From Eledone cirrhosa (taxonomy: Eukaryota), in assembly GCA_964016885.1 (NCBI GenBank), contig OZ024748.1, forward strand, positions 46,066,001-46,130,000: 64,000 nucleotides of DNA. Direction: 5' to 3'. Below the pieces are notes generated by a model, which saw only the letters and a program-made list of their open reading frames with translations, was not told the origin of the DNA and ran no database searches. This document shows, in pieces, positions 15,703 to 29,426 of the stretch (positions within the stretch are counted from its first letter, which is position 1; each line of letters opens with the position of its first letter). Both the position numbers and the translations under genes were made by a program.

Positions 15703-15886
15703 CATCATCATCATCACTCGTCGACTACTGTCGAGATGATGGATCTCACGCTCATGCCCCAGAATCCCCTGTCCCCCATCGCTGCCCCCAGGTCCTGTCT
15801 GCTGATTCCCGTATCCCTAGAAATAACGTCAGGGAATGACAGCTGCCTACTCCTAGTCAGGCTGGAGTCAGGGTTCCAGAGCAAGA
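15702..15886 (-). mobile_element. RTE-clade LINE 3' terminal fragment with (TGA)n tail
   Basis: ILLWNP...SFPDVISRDTGI...AMGDRGFW followed by a tgatgatga tail; flanked by (TA)n. Confidence 0.65.
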
Positions 15887-16014
15887 TATATATATATATA
15901 AGAGATATATATATAAGAGATGTCAACATGAAATGGACCTATTATTTTTATCTAAAGACATTTATTTCCAATTCCAACCCGCCCGTCCCCTTAATCTATT
16001 TTATTTCTCATTCT

Positions 16015-16051
16015 TTCTTCTGATGAAGGACTAGCGTCCGAAACGTTAAGA
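16015..16051 (+). ncRNA. Minimal hammerhead, family B
   Basis: tctt-CTGATGA-a-ggac(tagc)gtcc-GAA-ACGT-T-aaga. Copies at 1870-1905(-), 31673-31710(+) and a decayed one at about 52610. Confidence 0.85.
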
Positions 16052-17084
16052 CCCTCTTCCTGCTATATCAAGCGTTAACCATATATATCCCTTCCGTATA
16101 CTGTACCGATTGTGTTGTTATTTCTGATATATATATATATATACGTGTGTGTGTAGGATGTGTATATGTATAAATATAATGTGCGTTATTTGTTTTTGTC
16201 CAGATGTTTGTATATACATATATATCATCTGTTTTTACATAATCATTTGTGTCTTTATGTATGTTTTTCTGACAGTCTTATATTAGTATTCAATTCCTGC
16301 ACCCCTGAAATATGTGTTATATTGTGGTAGAATTACACTTTGATGAAGAAAAGAAAAGTAAAAATCTCCCGTTTTCTTAACCTTGAATATAATATTGACC
16401 AATGATTTTTGTGTTGAATGTTGACACTACAACACTTCCTTATATACATAATCCTGTATAAACACGTAAGTGTACCATTTAGATACACACATATATGAAC
16501 AAAAAAGCTCTGCATATACATGAACACATTAACATATTCGCACATATTCACACACAAAAATACGCGAGAACATACAGCTCACTCCACACTCACACTCACA
16601 ATTACATATCAACTTACACACACAAACACAAAAACATACACATACACAAACATACACACAAAATTACATTAATACTTAAACATACAGCACACTCCGAACA
16701 CACGAATTCACACACACAAGGAAACTCACATAGTCTCGTATACATACACACAAAAGCATTAACATTTACGATTTCATATCTGTAACTTAATGGGAATCGT
16801 AAACAAATTGAAAAGGGCTTGGGATTGATTTGTAAGGAAATTTGTTGGAGAACTTACGTATGGGGGAAACGAGACAAACCCTGATAGTCTTTAATTCACA
16901 TAAATAACCTTGTGTGACCTAGTTCACACGTTTTTGAAGGATGGTCATCATTAATATATTACTAAAATAAAACAGTGAAGTCGATCGAGAAGATAGAGAA
17001 CTTTGATCACTTACTGAATGGGATAGAAATCGACAAATCGTACGAAGAAAAACATGTTTTAATTGATCTTTTCTTATTACTGAT

Positions 17085-17292
17085 AATTGTTTCTACTTTT
17101 GGCACAAGGCCAGTAATTAATAAAATAAAGTACCAGTAATGCACTGGCATTACTGGTACTTTATTTTATCGACCCCGTAAGGATGAAAGGCAAAGTTAAC
17201 CTCGGCGAGATTTGAACTCAGAATGGCAAGGGCCGTAACTCTTTGCTGCAAATCATAGCGGCAGACCCTCTACCGATACTGCCAACCCACCG
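17085..17292 (-). mobile_element. tRNA-derived SINE family 1
   Basis: Same core as 55271; local inversion near its 3' end. Further decayed copies at about 19070-19225(-) and 20315-20450(-). Confidence 0.75.
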
Positions 17293-17689
17293 TCATTACT
17301 GATAATATCTACAAGTCCCAGTCGCAAATCCTGACAGAAAGAGGAACGAGAAATAAATTGTCATGCTCAAGGTCATAACACATCGCCCAGTCCGGCAATC
17401 GAACTCACAATATCACGCCTGCAAATTCAATTTTCTAATCACTAAGATTAAATAGTGGGAGTTATATTTTCCTTTTTATCTATTTTGAAAATTATGTTAG
17501 ATCTACATTTGACTCGAGGATGCTCAGAGATAATATTAATACAGGGTACACCAGACCTGTAGTTCAATGTCCAGTCGTATTGCATTTTATATCAGTTAAC
17601 ATATATAGAGATAAACGACAGATAGCTAGATCATGCCGGGGATTTTACATACAGTCGTGAAAAAAATATAAAAAAAAACAATTACAACA

Positions 17690-18590
17690 ATCGAAATTCC
17701 CAATAGGGGGGAGGCGCCACAAATGGGTTGTTTAATACCCCGGCGATAGAACAACCCTCAACTCCAGGAGCGTGTTGTGCAAGTGCTCCTTTCTTCCTTT
17801 TGCTCTCTTCCTCAACCTACAGGCTTATAAACAGAGAAGGCCCAATCACTCGGGCCATTTTCGCTTCATTCACCCACCTTTCAATAGATTTACTGGGGTG
17901 CAGTGCCTCTCTCTCCACCCTGATTCTCCTTCTAAAGTGATACTTGAAGAAGGGAATCAATTGTTGTCCGGAGAGAAAGGCATCTGTCCTCAGTCCTCTC
18001 AACCTCGTCCACCATATAACTTCTTTTACCATAGCCACCGTACAGAGGAAAACCGCCTCTCTTTCGATTTTGAAAGAGGCTGGCGGTTTGATCCTTACTA
18101 TGGACTCGGCAGTCAACTGGATTTGTTCCATACGCGACAGTAGTTGTTCTGCATAGTTCCACAGGTCGGTTACGCCAGGGCTGTGTATAATTGCGTGCAG
18201 GACTGTTTCAATGTCCTGCGCGCATCTTGGACACGTCCTCCTGGAAGGATCCTTGCCGGGGCGTCCGTGCCTGTAGATCTTGTCCTCGGTAGCACTGCCA
18301 GGCCAAGGACCTCTGGAAGTTGTCCATAGGTCCCGGGCTGAAAGTCCTACCAAACAGACTGGTGAGCTCATCGTCTTCGGCGCTCAGAGTCTCTCCGAGC
18401 ACGTCGTCGCCCTTGTAACGTACAATTCCTCTATAGAATGTCGAAGTGGAGTCTCCACTGATTGCTGTGCCCGCTCGCCAGAGGACTGTGAGCACCAGAG
18501 CGCATTCAATGTGCCAGGCGCTCATAGTTTTCGGTCTTTTCTTGACACAGGACTGCAGCTCCGTCAGCGAGACGAGCTCCCACTTGTTTA
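17690..18590 (-). mobile_element. 5'-truncated Tx1/L1-clade LINE (ORF2 C-terminal zinc-knuckle region, frameshifted)
   Basis: FQRSLAWQCYRG..., CPRCAQDIETVLHA..H, W..R pattern typical of the L1/Tx1 RT-associated zinc finger; GC-rich island. Confidence 0.75.
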
Positions 18591-19529
18591 ATTATATTAT
18601 ACGTTATATTTTGCCATTTATAGGCATTTTTATGGACCACGTCCAATATTCGCGGCTTTTTCCACTTCCCTTGGTTCCTCTAGGAACGTAACCCCCGTGA
18701 ATGCCGAGGCACAACTGTATATATATATATATATTTAAAATTTCTAATGTTATAAAGAGAAGGAATAGAAATGTTCTTTTGTTGGTTTTGACAATTAGCA
18801 GTTCCAGTTTTTCGATCAATGGAACAGCCTACTGATGCATATAACATGCATGTACGTGATTGAGCATTCTACACACGTATCTATGTATGTATGTATGGTC
18901 CCGTATTTCCTGATAGACTCGTAGGGGCCCCGTATCGACCTAGGGTGTTTCTCCGACATTTTAAGCCAGGCGGAGCCCATCTCTCTCCAGGCCTGAGTTC
19001 AGTAGATTTCTTCCAGAGAAAGACAGAAAGTGAGAGAGAGGAAATGAAAAAGAGATATAGAGGAAGAATTAACCCCAGTACTAGACTGTTACTTTTTTAT
19101 CGATATCGAAAGGATGAAAGTCAAAGTTGACCTCAGCGGGATTTGAACTCAGAGAGCAGAGGACTGGAATGAATACCATAGAGCATTCTATCCGAGGTTT
19201 TAACGACTCTGCCAATTCGCCACCTATGTAAACACGTGTAGTATTTAAATTAATTCAGCATGATTCTGTGTGACAAATTGGCCAATTGAATCACAGGTAC
19301 AGCTCAAATTCTTTTTCGGGGTTTCGTTCAGCCAATTTCACTTATAGGACTTGAATCGTCGCCAGATCACGTTAAATGATACTAGCAGTAGTATCGAACA
19401 TATGTCGAAGCTCTTATGATTGTGAGGCGATATTCTTAACCATTCGGTGGAACTGCGTATACATATCCGGCAAAGGCAAACATTCCAGTGAGTTTCAGAA
19501 TCGTCGCTTCTTGAGAATTAAGTAAATAA

Positions 19530-19830
19530 GAAATGTCAGAGGACCAGACAGCCCTCAGTATTAGCCCTCGCTGCACTTAGATACGTCAAATGGTATGGAC
19601 ACCTCCTAAACCTCCCTCCTAACCATATCACTCGTGCCACCCTTGTCTTCGACCCTCGAGCTGCAGGATGGAGACACCAACGAGGAGCCCCTCGCACTCA
19701 ATGGGTGGATACTCTTGCCAAGCACAACAACTCCCCAACGAACGAGGAGGAGGGAGGCCCCTGGTGGACATGGTTGGCTCAAAGTGGTGGCTTGCAGCGC
19801 GCAAGTGAAAAGAAGAAGAAAAGAAGATTT
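19530..19830 (+). mobile_element. Decayed RTE-like LINE 3' fragment
   Basis: Translates R..KWYGHLLNLPPNHITRATLVFDP.AAGWRHQRGAPRTQWVD. Confidence 0.55.
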
Positions 19831-19979
19831 ATGAATGAAACTTTTATTTCTGATGGAGTCGTAAGGGCCCCGCCCTTGACCATCGGCGAGTGGTGTCGGT
19901 ATATTAAACTTGGAGGAGTCTATCACTCTCCGGGTCTGAACAGTCGATTTCTTCCAGAGTAGAAGAGAATGTGTGTATG

Positions 19980-20047
19980 AGAAAGAGAGAGAGAGAGGGG
20001 GAGAAGAGAAAGAGAGAGAGGGACAGACAGAGAAACAGAGAGAGAAG

Positions 20048-20078
<31 letters not shown>

Positions 20079-20176
20079 GAGAGAGAAGAGAAGAGAGAGC
20101 GAGAGAGAAGAGAGAGAGAAACAGACTGACAGACAGACAGACAGACAGGCAGACAGACAGACAGGCAGACAGAGAA

Positions 20177-20258
<82 letters not shown>

Positions 20259-20290
20259 TACAAAGAGAGAGAGACGGACAGAGAGTGGAA
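19980..20290. repeat. (GA)n/(GACA)n microsatellite
   Basis: Direct inspection. Confidence 0.95.
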
Positions 20291-21000
20291 GTGAGAAATA
20301 CATAGAGGAAAAATCGACCTCAGTACCAGAGTGTTACCTTCCTTCATCGATCTGGAAACGCTGAAAGTCAAAGTTGTTCGTGGCGGGATTTGAACTCAGA
20401 GAGGGCATAAAACCAGAAAGAATATTGCAAAGCATTTTATATGTCGTTCTAGAAACTCAATGTACAACCTTGAAATATCCGGAAACTGAAGAAAAGACTA
20501 CAGAAATGTATTGTGATATACAAATAAGGAAAGATAAGTGAAGTTTTCTTTATAAATTTCAAATCTTTCCTGCATTCTTTTTTCTTTTAGTTTAAATAAC
20601 ATTGCTGTGTTCTTAAGGAGATCGCTTTGAAACAATGTGATTGCTGAATCAATCCCAACTTGTGTCACCTTGAACACATGCCTTCTGCTATAGCCTCATA
20701 TTGACCAATGCCTTCCGATTTACATACCATGTAAGTCCCGGCTTCAATCGGGGAATACCTCAATAAGGTACTCAATACATTAGCAGAGTGTAAACATATA
20801 TATTAAAGTTGAAATATACATATATTTAATTGAATAAACAAGAGAGATGAACACTAATATAAACATACATGTGTTCGAATCGTAAGGACTAGGTTTGCTA
20901 GGGTGAAAAAATACTAACTACAGCAATATGGTTTGTCAGACTAAATTTTAAGTAGTAAATTAAGAAAAATAATTGTCCTATATCGGGAAAACCCCTGGTA

Positions 21001-21080
21001 ACAACTAGACAGTTTTGGAAACTGTTCCGCAACATCTTATTAAGTCAAGTCAACACTTTTCTCTGCTCCTCAGTAGTTGT
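21001..21080 (-). ncRNA. Diverged family T hammerhead (A13G)
   Basis: acaacta-CTGAGGA-gc...gc-GGA-ACAGTTT(cca)AAACTGT-C-tagttgt. Confidence 0.7.
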
Positions 21081-21383
21081 TGAGAAATTAGCGATCCTTT
21101 CACTTCTAAAAATATTAGAAGACTGATTAGTGTGCGATAAGAATTATCGCAAGTGTCTTCGGAACCCAGCTTGTCTCGAAATCCTATACCGTTTAAAATA
21201 GCAGCCTGGTTAACAAGACATTAAAATTAGCTCTACATGATGGAGCCGACAAATATATAGTGAGTTAGAAACATCAGTAGTAGTACTATTATGTTTCCTC
21301 CAGTCGTATTGTATGTCTACGTGAGTGTATTCTGTTATTATTTCTGGCAATATTATTACAACAATATGACTCTCCCCATGTAT

Positions 21384-21442
<59 letters not shown>

Positions 21443-22321
21443 ATACAGAAGCGAAAACCAACCAAACAGTGAGTGTGCTCTGTTAATATTTCCGGCAATA
21501 TTATAAGAATATAACCCTCCCCAAGTATAACAATATATATATAAGTATGTATGTATGTATACGTACATACATATATGTATACAGTCGTACAGTGGTATGT
21601 ATATATATACATACATGCACACATATATATATGTACGTATCGGTTTACCGAACATTTATTATAATGCTCGTTTGTTCGTTTGTAAACAAACAAACAGCCC
21701 GGATTACGCCATACAGTGTTCAGGCAACCACGTAACCTTTTTGTTCAACACTGACACAGGAACGATGTACTAGTTTCAAGCTTATTGGCTATCGTCAGCA
21801 TAGTACACCTTCCTGCCAGATGGTTGAACGTCTGAAAGTATATACTTTCCATATGCATATTAACGGCTGAGCAGCCTAATTTGCATATTGAGTGAGTTTA
21901 TACATATATGTATACAGACGTACAGTAGTATGTATATATATATACATACATGCACACATATATATATATGCACGTATCGGTTTACCGATTTGTTTACAAA
22001 CGAACAAACCGAACATTATAATAAATGTTCGGTCAACCGATACGTGCATATATATATGTGTGCATGTATGTATATATACACATACTACTGTACGTCTGTA
22101 TACATATATGTATGTACGTATACATACATGCATACTTACATTTAAGTAACTGCCGTACTGAGAGTGAGAAATGAAATTTCGTTTCATTCTGTTCCATTTA
22201 TCGTTTACGGTGTGCCCGGCCGACTAAACTCACTCGATATGCAAATTAGGCTGCTCAGCCGTTAATATGCATAAGGAAAGTATATACTTTCAGACGTTCA
22301 ACCATCTGGCAGGAAGGTATA

Positions 22322-22362
22322 CGATGCTGACGATAGCTAATAAGCTTGAAACTAGTACATCG
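22322..22362 (+). ncRNA. Minimal type I hammerhead ribozyme, family P
   Basis: cgatg-CTGACGA-t-agct(aata)agct-t-GAA-ACTAGT-A-catcg. Full core, palindromic stem III, GUA site. Copies at 21763-21801(-), 14660-14700(+, GCA) and 1278-1318(-, GGAAC). Confidence 0.85.
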
Positions 22363-22489
22363 TGCCTGTGTCAGTGTTGAACAAAAAGGTGACGTGGTTG
22401 CCTAAACACTGTACGGCGTAATTCGGGCTGTTTGTTTGTTTACAAACGAACAAACCGAGCATTATAATAAATGTTCGGTAAACCGATAC

Positions 22490-22540
<51 letters not shown>

Positions 22541-22579
22541 CATGTATGTATATATATATACATACTACTGTACGTCTGT

Positions 22580-22614
<35 letters not shown>

Positions 22615-22862
22615 TTCAGAATAGATTGTTCTGTGTAAAAACAGAAGCAAGCAGGAGAAATAATTATAATGATTAAACGATCTATGTAACCTCGGCATCT
22701 TATTTTGTTATTTATATAAATATATATATATTTAATATAATATGCTTAATGTGGTAACCCCCGATTGAACTCGGGATAAGAACAGATTAAAGTTTAAGCA
22801 AAGAATCGCTGCTTTCCCCTTTAAACTTTAATCTGTTCTCATAATAAATATTTGCTTTACGG

Positions 22863-22906
<44 letters not shown>

Positions 22907-23092
22907 AGAGAGAGAGAGAGGGAGAGATTTATAACCCTCATTGAGCCCTCTTCGGATTTTAGTCTTCACATTTATTATTACTATATAAGGGAATGATCGT
23001 AGCATATTCTACATTTTTATGAGATTGGCACCTTCCAGCCCTTTTAAAGTCGAGCACTCTTCAGTCAATAGGATTTTAAACCAATACTGAAC

Positions 23093-25216
23093 ATGGATAA
23101 ATATACTTTGGATTACTCTATCAAGAATATCCCAACACCTTCTAACACTTCCTACACGAAAATGCTGATAGACAAAGTAGAGAAAGTTGTTAAAAGAATG
23201 AGATGGAAAGCTTTGATTCTCGATGGACACTTTAACACGAACTCTACGGAACATTTTGATATCAAAACTCATAAATACCTGCAAAGAGTAAAAGATATGA
23301 CCGCTTTTGAACTAGACTTAGTTAATCTAATCAACAATATCAATTGTCGTAAGTACTCTAACCCTTTTCAATCTAAACTATCTAATGATATTTCAATATT
23401 CAAATCTTCTAAAAATAAGTTCATTTTCTCTGACAAAACTAAAAACTTATACGAAGCTAATAATAATTTACATGACCAACTTTTAATAGATAACATCACC
23501 TCTAAATGCCAAATAGCTAATATAAACACGTATAATAATATAAATAAGGAAGCTAAAGAATTAGCTAGTTCTTTGAAAATAGATAATAGGACAGAAAAAC
23601 TTGCTAAACGTAATGCCTATATCACCCTTAAAGATCACAAACCTGACTTTATTAATCGTCCTTGTTGTAGATTAATCAACCCTGCTAAGACTGATATCGG
23701 TCTTGACAGCAAAACAAATTTAAATAATATAAACACACAGATTAGAAGTAAGTCTGAATTACTCCAATGGATAAATAGCTCTTCCGTAGTACATTGGTTT
23801 AATAATATTAAAGATAAAAATAGTTCTAGATTCACCCAATTTGACATTGTAGATTTCTACCTGTCTATCACTCAGACTCTTTTAGCTAAAGCCTTAAATT
23901 TCGCTAGAAAGTTTACCAATATTTCTGATATTGAAGAGAATGTCATCTTGCATGCTAGAAACACTCTACTCTTTACTGATAATGACACTTGGATAAAAAT
24001 ATCTAACCCAGAGAACCCATTCGATGTCTCAATGGGTTCTTTTGTTTGTAATTTAGTCGGCCTATTCCTCCTACACACACTTAAAGAAAAATTCCCTAAC
24101 CATATTTTTGGGCTTTATCGCGACGGTGGTCTAATACTTTCCCAAACCACCATAGGCCATAACTTAGATAGATTAAGGAAAGACTTAATAAAAAACCTTC
24201 GCTAGTTTTAATCTTAAAATTACTATTGACACTAACCTTTCCAATGTTAATTTTCTAGATATAAACATAGATCTGCCTACTGCTTCTTATAAACCGTACC
24301 ATAAACCTAATGAAAATTTAAAATATATAAATAAAAGCTCTTGCCATCCCCCTATAGTTTTTAAAAACCTTATCCCTAATATTAGCCGTAGTATCTCCAC
24401 CCTCTCTTCCTTAGAAGCTATTTTCAAGGCATCCCCCTACTATAATAAATCCCTTCAAAATAGCGGATTTTGCGAACCGATTAAGTACATACCCAACAAT
24501 ACTAACTCTTTTAAACATAATAATAGGAAAAGAAAAATAATCTGGTTCACACACCCCTACTCTCTAGCAGTTAAAACTAATGTAGGCAAAAACTTCCTAG
24601 AGCTCTAAGATAATCATTTCCCTAGAACACATAGATACTATAAGATCTTCAATAGAAACTGTGTCAAAATTAGCTACTCCTGCGGTCCCCCTATTAAATC
24701 TTATATCATCAATAAGAAATCACACAGAGAACATCAAAATTGCTCCTGTAGAGTCAAAAGTGAATGCCCATTACAAGGTAAATGGAACACCAAAGCAATT
24801 GTATATGCGGCTAAGTGACAACCATCAGCAACAACCTACTAGCCACCAGCGTACGATATGTGGGTATGACACAAGACAAATTCAAAACGCGTTATTACTC
24901 ACATGTCGCATCTTTCCAATATCCAGAAAAAAGATTCACAACAGCTCTGGCTAGCAGAATATGGGATTTGAAAGACCAAGGTATACAATATAAATTGGAT
25001 TGGTCAATTTTGAACCAATCTAAAGAATATGCAAGAGGAACAAGAAGATGCACACTCTGCATAAGTGAAAAATATTGGATTTTACAGAACCTTAAATCAC
25101 CAAAAACATGCCTAAATACAAAAACAGAAATTTTCACCAGTTGCCCACACATGAAATTACACTTGCTTTCCAGCTCATATAAACTTAACTCACTTTCAGA
25201 TACTTATCCTTCATAA
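23093..25216 (+). pseudogene. Penelope-like retroelement ORF (reverse transcriptase + GIY-YIG endonuclease), inactivated
   Basis: PLE RT motifs ITLKDHK..CRLINPAK, QFDIVDFY, MGS and GLYRDGG (the usual YRDD is mutated, and residues are missing after MGS). Stop at 24203 and frameshifts. C-terminal YVG-T...FKTRY..H...C.LC..EK...LN is GIY-YIG-like. Confidence 0.9.
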
Positions 25217-25466
25217 ACTCTTATTCTTCACTTTCCTTAAATTATCCTCTTTACAGACTTCTCTTTCTGATTTACTTTCATTTTTAACTTTATTTTTAAT
25301 TTTATTTTTATTTTTACTTCACATCCACCAGTAACCCCCTCCCCCTACTTTTCGATTCACTTACCAAATTGATTTTTTGTGTGGTTAATTATGCTGATTG
25401 GGAGGAGAAATACTGTATATATTTTATCAAATGATTCTATGGACTTACTTTCTTATATATATATAT

Positions 25467-26348
25467 GAAAACAAAAACTGGAAAAATATTCCCAAATGCA
25501 AATATGAACTGCAAAAGCAGAAATCTAATTTACTGCATTAAATGCCCGAATTGTGAAGAACTATATGTCGGTCTAAGTGGAAATGCACTATCGGAGCGTG
25601 CACGGGTACACCGATAGCAAATTAGATACCCAAATGTCCGTCAGATACCCCTAAGTAACCATCTAGCAACATGTATAATTTGTAGAATGGGAATATTATA
25701 AATATTCCCATTCTACAAATTACACAGCCCAAGTGAAATCAAGAGAAAAATCAAAGAAAAGAATTTTATTGATAAATTCAAACCCAAGCTAAATGAACAA
25801 TAATAATGGGGTTTTAATCCTACTATGACTATGACTACGACCACTAACAACAACAACAATAATAATAAAAAAAGTGATGTTGATGGTGATGATTACTAGA
25901 AAATGCTATTTCCATCATTTCTAAAAATAGCAAAACAATTGATGCTTTGGATAGGGTCAATTAGTAGTTGTTAGACATGCTCAACCAACCGTGACGCCTA
26001 AACCAATCAGCTTTAGTAATCCAGTGAAACTACACACCGATTGGTCGAAATACAGTTTGCAAGATTTAGCATTCTGGAGCCACTTTTCACTGTATATAAG
26101 GCACAAAATTTACCCATCTCATTACAGTTGAAAATTGCAAACTTGACTGTCACAATATAATATGAACCTGAAGATTACGAAAACATGAATGTACTTGTTC
26201 AATTAACACTTAGCATTTAATATTCTACCATACTATTTAATTCTAATACCATTATAAATTTTAAAGGATTGTAAATAAAACGAGTAAATGATACAAAGTT
26301 GGAATTCCTTTTATTAATATAATCTTCTATACACAATCATACACACCC

Positions 26349-26352
<4 letters not shown>
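25467..26352 (+). mobile_element. Second PLE 3' fragment (Neptune-like GIY-YIG) with 3' pseudo-LTR carrying a decayed HHR (family D)
   Basis: Translates NMNCKSRNLIYCIKCPNCEELYVG...RARVHR*...KEKNFIDKFKPKLN; 26120-26352 matches 7000-7230 and 48.6-49.1 kb. Confidence 0.8.
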
Positions 26353-26392
<40 letters not shown>

Positions 26393-26474
26393 GTGTGTTT
26401 AATGGTAGCTATAATGCTTCCATAGGCGGTATGCCAGTTGAACACTAAATGTTCTTATAGATCAGAGTATGAAT

Positions 26475-26781
26475 AATATAAACAAACGAAAAATCAATGT
26501 TGAATCTAGACTCACTTTATTGCGTGTTATAATTGTTTCGCCGGCAGGTAGCTCGAGACATGATCATTGTATGGATCTGCCTGATTCTACAACTACAGGT
26601 TCTTCGGACACATGCAATGCTTGCGGAGAAAATTTGCTCCGAACGCATTGCATGTGTCCGAAGAACCTGTAGTTGTTGAATCAGGCAGATCCATACAATG
26701 ATCATGTCTCGAGCTACCTGCCGGCGAAACAATTATAACACGCAATAAAGTGAATCTAGATGTATCATTGATTTTTCGTTT

Positions 26782-26788
<7 letters not shown>
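26475..26788. repeat. Fold-back with arms of about 150 bp (family I)
   Basis: Inverted arms with few mismatches; apex at about 26632. Confidence 0.9.
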
Positions 26789-26847
<59 letters not shown>

Positions 26848-26850
<3 letters not shown>

Positions 26851-27062
26851 TTAGTGGTTAGAGCAATGGGCTTGCAATCGAAAGGTTGTGAGTTAAATTC
26901 TCGGACCGGGCGATGTGTTATTTCCTTGAGCAAGACACTATATTTCCCGTTGCTTCAGTTTACTCAGCTGTAGAAATGAGTACCGGCCTGCCCGCTCAGC
27001 CAGTGGGATGGCGTTATCTTATGGCTGAAACAGCACGACGTGCTGTGACCAGCGGCGCCGAA
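26848..27062 (+). mobile_element. tRNA-derived SINE family 2
   Basis: tggcttagtggttagag head, ccttgagcaagacact core, tactcagctgtagaaatgagtac body. Confidence 0.7.
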
Positions 27063-27283
27063 TGGACGCCAGACAAATTTGAGATAGAGTGCTCGTGATT
27101 TTTGCCAAAAATCACGAGCACTCTATCTTCAAATTATTTTTGAAAAGCATAAGAAATGCGCAATCGGTAAAAACTTAAAATTAAAACTGAATACTAACTA
27201 ATACTTATTACTAATTTATACTTATTCCTAATTAAACTATTTTTCACTGGGAAATATTTGTCAGCATTTTCTTTTCCTTTTTA

Positions 27284-27349
<66 letters not shown>

Positions 27350-27599
27350 GAGAGATCCTCCTATATTTTTACATAGACAGCATACTGGTGTGTATCTTTG
27401 TATGTGTATGTGTTTGTGAGTGTATGTTAATGTGTGTTTGTGTGTATTGGGTGTGTGCTGTATATTTACGTGTTAGTGTAGATTTGTGAGTTAACGTTCG
27501 AATATGCTAATATGTTCATATATGTGTGTGTCTATGTGGTACATTTAAGTGTTTATATATGATTATGTATATAAGGAGGTTGTGTATGTGTGTGTGTTT

Positions 27600-27739
27600 G
27601 TGTGTACGTTTGTGTGTAAGTTTGTCTGTGGTTGGTGTCGTGGAGAATCATCTGAGAGTTTGAGTGAGATTACTTTTGTGAGTTTGTGTGTGTTTTGGTG
27701 TGTTTCCTTGTTTTCAGTGTGTGTATGTTTAGTTGTGTA

Positions 27740-27794
<55 letters not shown>

Positions 27795-28140
27795 TTATGT
27801 GTTTGTGTGTGTATATGTGTAAGTTGATGTGTAATTGTGAGTGTGGTGTGAGCTATATGTTCACACCTATTTTTGTGTGTGAATATATGCAAATATGTTA
27901 ATTCGTATGTGTGTATATGCAGAGCTTTTTTGTTCATATATGTTTAACTAAGTGGTACGCTTAACTCTTTATACAGGATTATGTATATAAGGAAGTGTTG
28001 TAGTGTCAACATTCTACGCACAATTCATTGGTCAATATTATATTATATATTCAAGGTTAAGAAAACGGGAAATTTTTACTCTTCTTCATCAAAGAGTGAT
28101 TTCAACAACAATATAACACAAATATTTTAGGCGTGAAGTA
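27600..28140 (+). repeat. Dispersed GT-rich unclassified repeat (copies at 31060-31573 + and 16280-16760 -)
   Basis: Shared unique core ...gtggtacgcttaac...ggaagtgttgtagtgtcaacattc...ggttaagaaaacggga. Confidence 0.7.
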
Positions 28141-28371
28141 ATTGAATATCAATACAAGACACAAAGCCACGCACACATGTTCACGTACACAAACTTGCCA
28201 ATGTCAAAATTGAGGTGATATACAATTTAACCACCAAAATAAATAACGTACCAACACACACGTATGCATATACTCTCCCCGTCATATATTATGGGGTCGT
28301 CAAGTATGGAATTTGTAGAAAAATAAACAAATTCCTTCAAATTTCATACTTGATGCCCCAATATATACATA

Positions 28372-28960
28372 TGTCGCTGCGGATCCACCGTGGACTCTTT
28401 AGGCTTCTACCCGCTTTCCTGGCGCCACAGTGCCGGCCGCCTTCCAAGCCATGCTGCCCTCAACGATGTTATAAAGCATGGCTTGGACACTGCGGGCTTT
28501 CCTTCCCAGCTCGAGCCGGTGGGGATGGACCGAGGGGACGGCAAAAGGCCAGATGGCATGACAATCTTCTCATTCCGTGGTGGTAAACCCCTAGTCTGGG
28601 ATGCTACTTGCACCGACACTTTCTGCAGCCGCAACCTGGTGCAGTCTGCGACTAACCCAGGTTCTGCTGCTCGTCGGGCTGAGGAGGCCAAGCTCCTCAA
28701 ATACCAGTCGCTCTCCGACAGGTTTGCGGATGTACCACTGGCAGTGGAGACTTCTGGTGTCCTCGGCACCGGGGCTACCTCCCTACTCACTACCATAGGC
28801 GCTGAGCTGGCCAACCGCAGGTGTGAACCCCGTGAGTTGGAGTGGCTTTTCCAGCGTGTCCCCCTTGCCGTCATTCGGGGAACGCTTTCTTTATGCTGGC
28901 TGCCGGTGTCTGTGTGTCTGGGTCATCGCGTAACATTCCATATTTAGGTATCTGTGTTCT
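28372..28960 (+). mobile_element. 5'-truncated CRE-clade non-LTR retrotransposon (restriction-like endonuclease domain)
   Basis: H.ALND...LEP.G..RGDGKRPDG...LVWDAT...AEEAK..KY...PLAVETSG; PD-(D/E)xK RLE signature of CRE elements. Confidence 0.8.
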
Positions 28961-29129
28961 CACATGTAGACGCACATCCTTTACCATAGTGTTGTATCCC
29001 TAAACGAAGTTTATTTGCTAAGCTGTATCGGTTCTGTAGTTGAAGGCTGAGAGGAAGGCTCTGTGAATTGCAGATGAAACTTCAGAAAACTATAGGATAT
29101 TTTGAGAATAGAATAGTGATTATTATATA

Positions 29130-29345
29130 GATTGGCAGTATCGGTAGAGCATCGCATAACGTGTTGTGTGGCATAGAAATTTGGCCCTTTGCATTCTGAT
29201 TTCAAATTTCTCTGAGGTTAGCTGAGGTTAACTTTGCCTTTCACCTTTATAGGTTCGATAAAATAAAGTACCAGTCACGCACTGGGTTAGATTTTATTGA
29301 CTCCCCTCTTCCCTCTAATTTGTTGGCCTTGTGCCTAAATCAAAA
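29130..29345 (+). mobile_element. tRNA-derived SINE family 1
   Basis: Same A/B-box head and core as 55271. Confidence 0.7.
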
Positions 29346-29383
29346 ATATTTTATAGTATAATTAGAAAGGACATAAGACACAT

Positions 29384-29426
<43 letters not shown>

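Noticed and set aside
23093-24205. 370-aa ORF as an active reverse transcriptase gene
   Set aside because: The catalytic DD is mutated to DG, there is a deletion after MGS, a premature stop and downstream frameshifts.
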